From contig NW_021824384.1 of NCBI RefSeq assembly GCF_006345805.1, positions 1 to 18,758 on the forward strand: 18,758 nt of DNA. Direction: 5' to 3'. The position numbers and the translations under genes were made by a program. Positions within the stretch are counted from its first letter, which is position 1. Every line of letters begins with the position of its first letter. Below the pieces are notes generated by a model. The model made no database searches, had not been told where the DNA came from, and worked only from the letters and a program-made list of their open reading frames with translations. Source of the stretch: Octopus sinensis. Lineage: Eukaryota. Positions 1-9,797 of this stretch are shown piece after piece.

Positions 1-1620
1 CTTGATGATATGAGAGGTGAGTGAGATCGGACGGTAATTCACTGCAAGGGACTTGTTTCCCTTTTTGAAACTGGGACAAACAGACTGGGACAGAAGGTTT
101 TTTGGAATATAGCCAGCATCCAGTGAGTTTCTCCACAGATTAGCAAGGGGGAGATGCAAGTTGGTGTCGACACACCTTCAGGACACAAGCAGGGAACCTA
201 TCGGGGTCTACTGCTGATTGTGTGTTTTATTTCGTTTATCGCCGCTAAGACATCAGGGGCACTAAACGTTATGTCCGATATAGTGTGTTGGGGGTTGACA
301 TCACTGATACAGCCCAGATCGGCCATATCAGGATGCTGAAAACAGAGCAGTATTGTTTCTGCAGTATCTCGGCCATGGATTTGGCATTATCTTGGAGAGT
401 GCCAGTTCGTCAATTAGAGGGCCTACAGTGGAGACAGTGACCCTGCGTTTCCTCGCAAATGAAAAGAACACTTTAGGGTTGAGTTTGATTTTTTCAATGG
501 CCCACTTCTCCTCAGCTGATCTTTGGTTATGATGAAGGTCTTCATGCATTGTTGGAGGTTATATTTTTGGATTCAAGCAGTGCGATAGCCGTCGAATGGT
601 GTGTTGCTGTTGGCAGTACTTTAGTTTGTAATTTTTTGTTTGTTCTTTTTATTTTTCTGATAATGGTTTTTCTGTTGGGGGATTCTGCACTTTTTGTTCA
701 CAGGTCTGGTGGGAGTGTTTTGCACATATGTCTGTGACGGTGTCTACAAAGATCTGCCAAGATGTTTTATGGTTGGTGGAGATGTGTGTATGTGTAAAGG
801 ACCAGTCAACATGTGATAGCTCGTTCCTGATTGCTGCATCCAGTTGGCATTATGGAGATCCATGTTGTCAAATGGTGGCTGGAGGAAGGTCACCAGGATT
901 AGCTTTCGGCTGGTGGAATTTCATGTTACAGAGAAACCAGTCATGGTCTGAAAGAAGGGTTTTTTCCACTGTAACGTTATGTATAGTGTTAGTGTGGTTA
1001 CTAAACACTAGGTCCAAAATGTTCTGATGTCTTGTTGGTGCAAGGACAAGTTGGGACAAGAAAAACTCATTCGTAAAGTCGAAAAGTGACTCTGCTGCTT
1101 TTGTCAGCGGTTGAGGCGGGAGTGCTTGGTTTCAAACAGTTTGTAGTCCAGTCAACACAGGGTAGATTGAAGTCTCCCATCATGAGTATGTTGCTAGAAT
1201 GGCACTGTTGAATAAAGCACTTATGCTGTTGAGGCATTCTTTAAAGCACAGTATGGGTGTTTGGGGCGGCCTATAGAGCCCAATTACTGTCAGGTCATTG
1301 GCTTTGTTGTGCACGGTGACTGATTCACAGTAGCCGTTGGAGAATATACTATTTCCATCTGCCGTAAATGAATCATGCAGGAAAATGGCAGTTCCACCCT
1401 CCTCCTGCCGATACGATCCGCGCGGATGGTTGTGAAATTCTTCACTCTCACTTCGGCTTCCAAGTGGGAGTTGTCAAGGTGGGTCTCAGTGAGAATGAAG
1501 AAAGGGATGTGGTGTGAATGGTTACCAACCCAGTCTTCAATGAATTGGACCTTCCTTTTTGTGCATTTTGATGTAGATAAGGGCTGACACCTTGTGCATT
1601 GAGTAGGAATGTGGAGGTTA
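1..1620 (-). pseudogene. CR1-type ORF2 (APE endonuclease + start of reverse transcriptase), frameshifted
   Basis: Motifs read on the minus strand: FLLNAQG, ILTETHL, IRADR, GGTAIF, GLYRPP, MGDFNLP, PTRHQNILDLVFSN, LLSDH (endonuclease); IKLNPKVFFSFARK, MAEILQKQYCSVFS, DRFPACVLKVCRHQLASPL, FKKGNKSLAVNYRPISLTSHIIK (pre-RT/RT domain 0-1, ending at base 1). Confidence 0.92.
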
Positions 1621-2148
1621 GTGTAGTGGCTGGTTTTTGACTGTTGCAGGGGACTTGGATTTTTGTGTGTGTTAGTGGCAGCAATGTGGGGAATTGGTGC
1701 ACTGGGGTAATAGCATAGGATGGTGTTGAGTGATGGCTAGAATGTTTTTGTGTATCTCTTTTGCCATGTTCAACATGGCTAAAAAAGAATTTTCCTGCTT
1801 AGGGAGCAGTTTTGGCTGGAGGTGTGGTTGCACTGTGGATATGGGTTGTAGTTTCCACTTGTTGTTGTTGTTTTTGTGTCTTCCTGAAAAGACTGGACCA
1901 GCATTACTGCAGCATGGTGTGTTTCTATTTTTATTTTTATTCAGGTTGTGTGTTGGCTTGAAGCCCCGTTTCTGTTTGTGCGTCGGGTCCTGGAAGATGA
2001 GTGAAGGGACAGTCACTCAGCAGACATGTTCTCTCACGTTGGGAATACCGGCAGATTTTGGGACTCCGAGTTGTGTGTGTTTTGAATTTCGATTTACTAT
2101 TTGGTGGTGTTGATGTTATTGTGGGATGCGTGCTTTGGCCTTGGCCGG
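1621..2148 (-). pseudogene. C-terminal remnant of CR1 ORF1 with a CCCH-like motif
   Basis: Lies directly upstream of ORF2 on the same strand. Bases 2053-1997 encode CRYSQRERTCLLSDCPFTH (C-x8-C-x4-C-x3-H); ORF 1672..2016 supplies a downstream segment (NSFLAMLNMAKEIHKNIL). Confidence 0.55.
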
Positions 2149-2206
2149 TTATATATATATATATATATATATGGCCGGTATATATATATTATGGCCGGTA
2201 TATATA

Positions 2207-2264
<58 letters not shown>

Positions 2265-2364
2265 GATACATATGTACATACATATATATATATATATATA
2301 TACATATATACATATGTACATACATATATATATAATATATTATATTATATATATATATATATAT
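2143..2364. repeat. (TA)n microsatellite with three embedded GGCCGGT units at the CR1 5' junction
   Basis: GGCCGGT at 2143, 2173 and 2193 separated by TA runs, followed by TA/TACA repeats. Confidence 0.9.
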
Positions 2365-2710
2365 GCTGTGTGTGTGTTTTGAATGTATGTAGGGCAGATT
2401 TAACGCCATATTTCTGGCATGTGTGCGATTGACAAAAAAAAAAAAGAGATAGCAGAAAAATGAAACGAAGAAATTCTTCTCTTAAATGCCTCATTTAAAA
2501 AACACATCCACCCAGTAGCATCTCGATAATATCAATGAAACACACGCATACAGTATTCATATTGACTATTTTCATGACATACGTACATGTGCCCTCGTAT
2601 CATTACATAAATATGTAAATGTATGTAGGGCTGGAGAGGTTTCGTAAATGTTAGTTCAAGGAATTAATTAGTCCACCAAGTACAAGGCTGGAAACTGGAT
2701 ACTGAGAGTT

Positions 2711-2740
2711 TGTATCTATTTATCTATCTATGGATCTATC

Positions 2741-2784
<44 letters not shown>

Positions 2785-2815
2785 GAATATGTATTTATCT
2801 ATGTATATGTGTGTA

Positions 2816-2856
<41 letters not shown>

Positions 2857-2867
2857 TATATACATAC

Positions 2868-2940
<73 letters not shown>

Positions 2941-2956
2941 TATATATATATATATA
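2711..2956. repeat. Compound (TATC)n/(TA)n/(TACA)n microsatellite
   Basis: Direct reading. Confidence 0.95.
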
Positions 2957-3208
2957 CAACAACAATTAAGGATGGCCTTAATAGGCCATTCGGCCCACTA
3001 GAAGAAGCAGCCAGGACTCAAACCGCTAAGTAGTAGTAATTCAGAAATTAGGTGAAAATTTAAAAACATTTACCCTAATTCATCTTTAGACGATGCATCG
3101 TTTCGGTGTTTTTAAGGCAAACCAGCTTAAATTAAATTAAGTCAATCTACCAAAGGCTACACCTCATCAGTAAAGAGACCAGGAGAGACGGATATACACG
3201 AGGCATCC

Positions 3209-3412
3209 ATATATATATATATTTATAATTACACATACGCGTTATATATTTATGTGCATGACTGTCTATCTATTTATGCGTATGAGTACAATGCCTCATT
3301 TAAAAAACACATCCACCCAGTAGCATCTCGATAATATCAATGTATGCATCTCGATAATATGTATGCATCGTCTAAAGATGAATTAGGGTAAATGTTTTTA
3401 AATTTTCACCTA
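3209..3412. other. Patchwork of templated copies from four sites in this window
   Basis: 3209-3290 = reverse complement of 15366-15447; 3290-3342 = 2485-2537; 3346-3360 = 3323-3337; 3363-3412 = reverse complement of 3049-3098. All match exactly by eye. Confidence 0.9.
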
Positions 3413-3510
3413 TATATATATATAAATTATATATCATATATATCATATTATATATATAATATATAAAAGATATATATATATTCATATATATATATATTAT
3501 ATCATATATA

Positions 3511-3721
3511 TACTCTTTTACTCTTTTACTTGTTTCAGTCATTTGACTGCGGCCATGCTGGAACACCGCCTTTAGTCGAGCAAATCGACCCCAGGACTTA
3601 TTCTTTGTAAGCCTAGTACTTATTCTATCGTTCTCTTTTGCTGAACCGTTAATTTTCGGGGACGCAAATACACCAGCATCGGTTGTCAAACGATGTTGGG
3701 GGGAACAAACAGACACACAAG

Positions 3722-3761
<40 letters not shown>

Positions 3762-3841
3762 CGACGGGCTTCTTTCAGTTTGTGTCTACCAAATCCACTC
3801 ACAAAACTTTGGTCGGCCCGAGGCTATAGTAGAAGACACTT
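3511..3841 (-). mobile_element. Octopus-type SINE lacking its tRNA head, with an internal CA/TA microsatellite
   Basis: Minus strand carries the core GATAGAATAAGTACTAG...CTGGGGTCGAT...TCGACT shared with other SINEs here, a terminal hairpin CAGTCA-AA-TGACTG and a (GTAAAAGA)n-like tail. I recognise the family from memory of octopus repeats. Confidence 0.8.
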
Positions 3842-4319
3842 ATATATACATATACATATACATAACATATATATATAAATATACAAAATATACATATATA
3901 TATATACTACACACACACATACACACGCACAGTGTCTGCATTTAAAAAGATCTATAGGCAGTGTGGTTGGTCACTGATGAGCGATGTAACAACAGCAACA
4001 ACGACTGCTCTAGCCGCCATTACTGGTGCGATATAATCTCTCGCCCATCATCTCGCAATGTCCGCTCAGTCAAATGAAATCTATAACGTAAATTAGGAAA
4101 GTAGTTAAGAGTGTTTGTGTTAAATGACAGCTGAGACAATTATTCGTGTCACATGATGTATGTGAAGTGTTCACTGAACCAGCTTTTATTTTATTCATCG
4201 TCTCGCTATATTCCGTTTAGATAGAAGGACACCCAGTCATTCACGTGACGGTCATCAGTCGGCTTGGAGATCAAAAGCACAAGTGCAGACGATTTTAGCT
4301 ACCATGGAAACGCCTGCAG

Positions 4320-4321
<2 letters not shown>

Positions 4322-4357
<36 letters not shown>

Positions 4358-4550
4358 GCATACACATACAAATATGTATATGTATATATATATGTGTGTA
4401 TATGTGTGTATGTATATATACGTGTTTATGTGTGTAGATATATATGCGTATATGTGTATAGATATATATGACTGCGTGCGTATATGTTTGTAAACCGACG
4501 GCCAGTAATGCAGGCAATCAGATAGATAGATAGATAAATAGATAGAAAAT

Positions 4551-4631
<81 letters not shown>

Positions 4632-4700
4632 GGGCAGACATACATGCATGCATATGTGTGTGCATGCATGCGTATGTGTATGTGGTCTGCGTGTGTGTCT
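4322..4700. repeat. Compound (CT)n, (TA/TG)n and (GATA)n microsatellites
   Basis: Direct reading. Confidence 0.95.
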
Positions 4701-4704
4701 GTGT

Positions 4705-5925
4705 ACGTCTTTCCCAAGAAATTCATTGACATTGTATGACAGTGACGTATGGCATGTTGACCTCAGTCCAAAACAACAACGAAATATCTGAGCTAACCTT
4801 TTTCTCAAATGGGGTGAAGAAGGGTTATGTCCTTGCTCGTATTCTGTTCAGTCACATATCTTTAGCCATGCTAACGGATGCCTTCAAAGACACAGACACA
4901 GGCTTAGACATTGGCATTACATATCCACACTGATGGCTCAATCTTTAGCCTCAAGTGGCTTGAATCCAAAACTAAGTTTATCATCAATGACTTCCAGTTT
5001 GCTGGTGGTTGTGCCTCAATGCTGCCTCCGAAGGTGACATGCGGCACAATGCTGGGAAGTTCTCTTGGCATTGCAGCAACTTCAGCCTCAACCTCAACAC
5101 AAACAATACGGAAGTAGTGTATCAGCTGACATTTTAAAAGCCTTACACAAAACCCGCCATTACCATTAACGGGCAACGCCTGAATGCAGTGGATATGTTT
5201 ACACTCCTTGGGAGCACACTCTTCACAAATGTTGTCATTGATGACAAAGTAAAGGCTCGTCTCGCTCAAGTGAAAGTTGCCTTTAGCAGACGCCATATGA
5301 ATGTGTGAAACAGGAAAGGCATCACGAGAAACAAGGACCTACTAAGGCGGTGAGCTGGCAGAAACGTTAGCACGCCGGGAGGAATGCGTAGCCGTATTTC
5401 GTCTGCCACTACGTTCTGAGTTCAAATTCCGCCGAGGTCGACTTTGCCTTTCATCATTTTGGGGTCGATTAAATAAGTAGCAGCTACGCACTGGGGTCGA
5501 TATAATCGACTTAATCCGTTTATCTGTCCTTGTTTGTCCTCTCTGTGTTTAACCCCTTGTCGGTAGTAAAGAAATAGGTATTTCGTCTGCCGTTACGTTC
5601 TGAGTTCAAATTCCGCCGAGGTCGATTTTGCCTTTCATCTTTTTGGGGTCGATAAATTAAGTACCAGTTACGCAGTGTGGTCGATGTAATGGACTTAATT
5701 CCTTTGTCTGTCCTAGTTTGTTCCCTCTATGTTTATCCCCTTGTGGGTAATAAAGAAATAAGAAACAAGTATCTACTAACGTCATACAAGGAAACTGAAA
5801 CTCTTCCATACAACCCGCTTCAGAAAACTTCTTGGAAAAAAGTGGCAAGACAAAATCCCAGATACTGAATTGCTCGCCAGTCCTAGGTCATCAAGCATCT
5901 ACATCATCCTCATGCTCACCTGGTT
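4705..5925 (+). mobile_element. Degenerate RTE-clade LINE fragment (RT core and downstream region), interrupted by a SINE
   Basis: Translates as FPKKFIDIV, SNGVKKGYVLARILFS, AMLTDAF, DFQFAGGCA (catalytic FADD mutated), ITINGQRLNAVDMFTLLGSTL, IDDKVKARLAQ and, after the SINE, RHTRKLKLFHTTRFRKLLGKKWQDKIPDTELL. Contains in-frame stops. Confidence 0.88.
5346..5760 (+). mobile_element. tRNA-type SINE with tandemly duplicated body and 19-bp target-site duplication
   Basis: Head GGCGGTGAGCTGGCAGAA (A-box-like), B-box GTTCAAATTCC at 5420. Body 5394-5577 repeated at 5578-5760. TSD AGAAACAAGGACCTACTAA (5327-5345) vs AGAAACAAGTATCTACTAA (5761-5779), 17/19 identical. Confidence 0.92.
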
Positions 5926-5937
5926 AATTATTATTAA

Positions 5938-6150
5938 GGTGGTGAGCTGGCAGAATTGTTAGCACACCAGGAAAATTGTTTAGCAGCATTTCGTTCGTCT
6001 TTACGTTCTGAGTTCAAATTCTGCCGAGGTCGGCTTTGGCTGTCAGCCCTTAGGGGTCTATAACATAAGTACTAGTCGAGCACTAGTATCGATGTAATCA
6101 GCTCTACCAAACCTTCTGGCCTTCTACCAAAATATGAAACCATTATTATT
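5938..6150 (+). mobile_element. tRNA-type SINE, same head/core as 5346 but different tail, ending in (ATT)n
   Basis: GGTGGTGAGCTGGCAGAA...GAGTTCAAATTCTGCCGAGGTCG...ATAAGTACTAG...TCGATGTAATC, tail CTGGCCTTCTACCAAAATATGAAACC-ATTATTATT. Confidence 0.85.
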
Positions 6151-6222
6151 GGTGGTGGTGGTGGGGGGGTCGTTGTTGTTGTCGTGGTTGTTGTCGCCGT
6201 GGTTGTTGTTGCTGTCGCTGTT
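6142..6222. repeat. (GGT/GTT/GTC)n trinucleotide tract
   Basis: Direct reading. Confidence 0.85.
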
Positions 6223-6427
6223 CTTTGATTGAAATGGAAACGAAATGGCATCCAAAGAGAATTCCAATCCATTAACTGTCCGTTTCTACAGAATTTATTA
6301 CAGACAGCAAGTGTAATGTGTTAACATTAAGTGTAGCGCACTTCAGCTGCTTTTTTTATTTCATTTCATTTATTCTTTCTATTACTGATTGATTTCCCCA
6401 CAATTAATATACTATCTGCCTGTCCGT

Positions 6428-6765
6428 TTGTCAGTCCGTCTATCTATCTGTCTGTCTGCTCGTCCACTCTGTGCTTGTCAGTTCGTCTATCTATCTGGTC
6501 GTCTGGTTGTCTGGTCGTCCACTCTGTGCTTGTCAGTTCGTCTATCTATCTGGTCGTCTGGTTGTCTGGTCGTCCACTCTGTGCTTGTCAGTTCGTCTAT
6601 CTATCTGGTCGTCTGGTTGTCTGGTCGTCCACTCTGTGCTTGTCAGTTCGTCTATCTATCTGGTCGTCTGGTTGTCTGGTCGTCCACTCTGTGCTTGTCA
6701 GTTCGTCTATCTATCTGGTCGTCTGGTCGTCTGGTCGTCCATTCTGTGCTTGTCAGTCCGTTTAT
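6428..6765. repeat. 55-bp minisatellite, about 6 copies
   Basis: Unit TCTATCTATCTGGTCGTCTGGTTGTCTGGTCGTCCACTCTGTGCTTGTCAGTTCG starts at 6486, 6541, 6596, 6651 (identical) and 6706 (variant), plus a degenerate first copy. Confidence 0.95.
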
Positions 6766-7193
6766 CTGCCTATCTATCTGCTATTTTATATCTCTTTATT
6801 TGACTGCTTTTTCTGCATGTCTATATCAGCACATATTTGTCTCTGCTTATATTTGTCTGTCTACTTTCCTGAGTGTCTCTCTCACTGAAATAAACTCTCT
6901 ATGTTTGTACGTCTATCCGTCTGTTTTTGTTTCGTTGCCTTTCGTTGTGATTGTCTGTATTGGCTGTGGAATTAGTGCTAAACTATTTAATCCAGCGAAC
7001 ATTAAAAAGCTAATTAGGATCAATTATGCGGTTGGAATTACAAGCGTGAGAATTATGTGATGGGAAAAAAAGAATCATACTCCATTAAGCAATATAATTT
7101 CGATTCTTTTGGTAAATCGGGAGAGAATAATTCAAAGAATATAAATTATTCTTAGAAGTCATCTGCAGAGGCTTTATCTAAGTATATCTGCCA

Positions 7194-7244
<51 letters not shown>

Positions 7245-7306
7245 ATCTATCTATCTATCTATCTATCTGTTCTATCTATCTATCTATCTATCTATTCCTG
7301 TCTATC

Positions 7307-7373
<67 letters not shown>

Positions 7374-7402
7374 AATCTATCTATCTATCTATCTATCCAT
7401 CG

Positions 7403-7484
<82 letters not shown>

Positions 7485-7543
7485 GTTATGTATCTATCTA
7501 TCTATCTATCTATCTACCCATCCATCTATGTATCTATCTATCT
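7194..7543. repeat. (TCTA)n microsatellite
   Basis: Direct reading. Confidence 0.97.
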
Positions 7544-8750
7544 ATGACGGTGAACAGTTGTGGTCGCCGTTTTGTGGGCACGCTTTCCCGCAGCTCGTCT
7601 CCATGACCGAACTGCAGTCGTGGATCAAAAAGGCCGAGGAAGGGCGAATGGCACCGCGAGTGTCGCGTTGCTCTCAAGCAACTCTGCCGTCCTGGGTCGA
7701 CCTTAGTGACTTCAACACAACCAAAGCATTCTATAGGGGTTAGTGGAGGGGAGGTACGACGACGAGCTCGGGGCGAACCTGGACGTCGACGAGGAGTACC
7801 TGACCCGCCTGTTCGGGACGACTTTCGGGCCAGGGCCCATGGACAACTTCCAGAGATCCTGGCCTGGCAGTGCTACCGAGAAGCGCTACCGTTCGGATAA
7901 GCTCTACAGACACGGCTCGAGAAACACGGGGCCGACCTGCCCGAGATGCGGTCAGAGCGACGAAACCGTTCTGCACGCAATCGTTCAGTGTCCACAATTT
8001 CCGACCTGTGGGCTTATGTCGAACAACTGCTGTCACGTGTGGACGAGTCGGTTTATATCAGCTGAGTCTATCGTCAATATTGTCACGGCCTCCTCCTTCA
8101 AACGGGAAGGAAGAGCTATTTTCATCATCCTTGTGGCTATGGCGAAGAATGTATCTGGTGGACGCGTCTGAAAGGATTGGAGACAAACACTTTCCTCTCT
8201 GGTCAATCTCTCATCAACTCTTCTTCAAGTACCACTTGAAAAGGAAAGTGAGAGTAGAGAGGCAAGTTTTGTCTAGCGAATGTTTTTAAAAAAAGATGGG
8301 TGAATGTAGCAAGAATGGCACGTATGAATGACGAAGCCACCTGAGCATAGTCCTATGAACCCAGAAATCGAAAACAGAGAGTTGCTTATTTGCAAAAAAA
8401 AAAAAAAAAAAAAAGAAATATAAAATGTGACTTCATTGACCGAGGTTACCGTGGTCTTTTCCGTAGGCTTTTCTTTCCACGGGTAAACCTCACCTGTCCT
8501 CCCCTTTACACTTCATATTGACATTTCTGTGATAACGATCCCTATTGATCAATTTTTTTTTTTTTCCTCTCCCCCCTTTTTTTTTTTTTTTTTAACCCCC
8601 CCTTTTTTTGTCCTCTTTCTCTCCTTTTACGATCCCTTTTGATCGAAACTCCCCTTCCTTTTTTTTTTTTTTTTTTAACCCCTTCAAAGAAAAGCTCTAC
8701 CTTGTAATTTGTTCTATCTGTGTGCAGCCCTGTGTGGCTAATAAAGAAAC
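7544..8750 (+). mobile_element. Tx1/L1-clade LINE, 5'-truncated: ORF2 C-terminus plus 3' UTR
   Basis: Reconstructed across frameshifts: TTKAFYRGLVEG...MDNFQRSLAWQCYREALP.RDKLYRHG...TCPRCGQSDETVLHAIVQCP (CxxC..H..C knuckle of L1/Tx1 ORF2)...AKECIWWTRLKG...RWVNVARM, stop TGA at 8356-8358. The pyrimidine-rich 3' UTR ends GCTAATAAAGAAAC. GC-rich relative to flanks. Confidence 0.88.
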
Positions 8751-8845
8751 ATATCTATCTATCTATCTATCTTCTATCTATCTGTCTGTCTCTCTCTCTT
8801 TCTTTTTCTCTCTCTCTCTCTCTCTCTCCCTATCTATCTATTTAT
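8751..8845. repeat. (TATC)n/(TC)n microsatellite immediately 3' of the Tx1 copy
   Basis: Direct reading. Confidence 0.9.
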
Positions 8846-8995
8846 TTTCTACCTTCCAACCTAATCTATTTATCTGATTGCTTGTTAGTCTATCAATACG
8901 AGCGTTCGTTTGTTTGTCTCTCAGAGCTAAAAGCCCCACAACATTTAATCCTCCGGAGACGAGAGCGGGCAGATTCGTTACCGCGCTGGGTAAAA

Positions 8996-9060
8996 CACTG
9001 GGGTCGATGTAATCGACTAATCTCCTCCCACAAATTTTCAGGTCTTGTTTCTTCAGTAGA

Positions 9061-9063
<3 letters not shown>
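8996..9063 (+). mobile_element. 3' fragment of the same SINE core with a third tail type, followed by (ATT)n
   Basis: CACTGGGGTCGATGTAATCGACT, then TCTCCTCCCACAAATTTTCAGGTCTTGTTTCTTCAGTAGAAAG-TATTATT. Confidence 0.75.
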
Positions 9064-9095
<32 letters not shown>

Positions 9096-9508
9096 TATTA
9101 TTGTTATTGTTATTGTTGTTGTTATCATCATCATCATTCATCATCACCACCACCAACACCACCACCACCACCATCATCATCATCACCACCGTCATCATCA
9201 CCACCATCATCACCACCATCACCATCATCACCACCATCACCATCATCATCACCACCATCATCACTACCATCATAACCATCATCATCATCACCACCATCAT
9301 CACTACCATCATAACCATCATCATCATCACCACCATCATCACCATCATCATCACCATCATCATCATCATCATCACCATCATCACCATCATCATCATCATC
9401 ACCATCATCATCACCATCATCATCATCATCACCATCATCATCACCATCATCATCATCATCATCACCACCATCATCATCATCCATCATCATCATCACCATC
9501 ATCACCAC

Positions 9509-9559
<51 letters not shown>

Positions 9560-9656
9560 TATCATCATTATCATCATTATCATCATTATCATCATTATCA
9601 TTATTATCATCATTATCATCATTATCATCATTATCATCATTGTTATCATTATTACT
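9064..9656. repeat. Compound (ATT)n/(ATC)n/(ACC)n trinucleotide tract
   Basis: Direct reading; source of the spurious poly-I/T/H/D/M ORFs. Confidence 0.97.
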
Positions 9657-9797
9657 GCCTTTGCACAGCTTCTAACGCTGGAGATGTATTTACAGTGTCA
9701 GCTGTTCACTACCAGTGAACTAAGGTAACACCTCTTATTTTTTGAGCACCCTCCGGAATATTCGAACGGTTCCAAGTAGTGATGTTTTCTGCAAGTG
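9657..9797 (-). mobile_element. 3' terminus of an RLE-type non-LTR retrotransposon (R4/Dong-like)
   Basis: 9797-9738 encodes HLQKTSLLGTVRIFRRVLKK, stop TAA at 9737-9735. This matches the LQKxxLLGTxRIxRxVL end typical of R4/Dong-type ORFs. An ~80-nt 3' UTR runs straight into (TAA/TGA)n. Confidence 0.72.

Larger units (their letters stand above)
1..2148 (-). mobile_element. CR1-clade LINE, 5'-truncated within ORF1; continues beyond the left edge of the window
   Basis: Manual minus-strand translation across frameshifts gives, in order, an ORF1 C-terminal part, an APE endonuclease and the RT N-terminus. The 5' end abuts a (TA)n microsatellite at ~2149. Confidence 0.9.

Noticed and set aside
154-2113. 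Plus-strand ORFs (154, 549, 728, 1375, 1730)
   Set aside because: Antisense shadows of the CR1 element.
2975-3002. Hairpin TGGCCT-TAAT-AGGCCA upstream of CTAG as a Helitron 3' end
   Set aside because: CTAG is followed by A rather than T, and no matching 5' end or second copy was seen.
6428-6765. Regular repeats as a possible CRISPR array
   Set aside because: Units are contiguous with no unique spacers, and the context is eukaryotic.
8720-9718. 332-aa ORF with poly-I/T/H and antisense poly-D/M ORFs
   Set aside because: Read-through of ATT/ATC/ACC repeats, which lack stops in several frames; no coding context.
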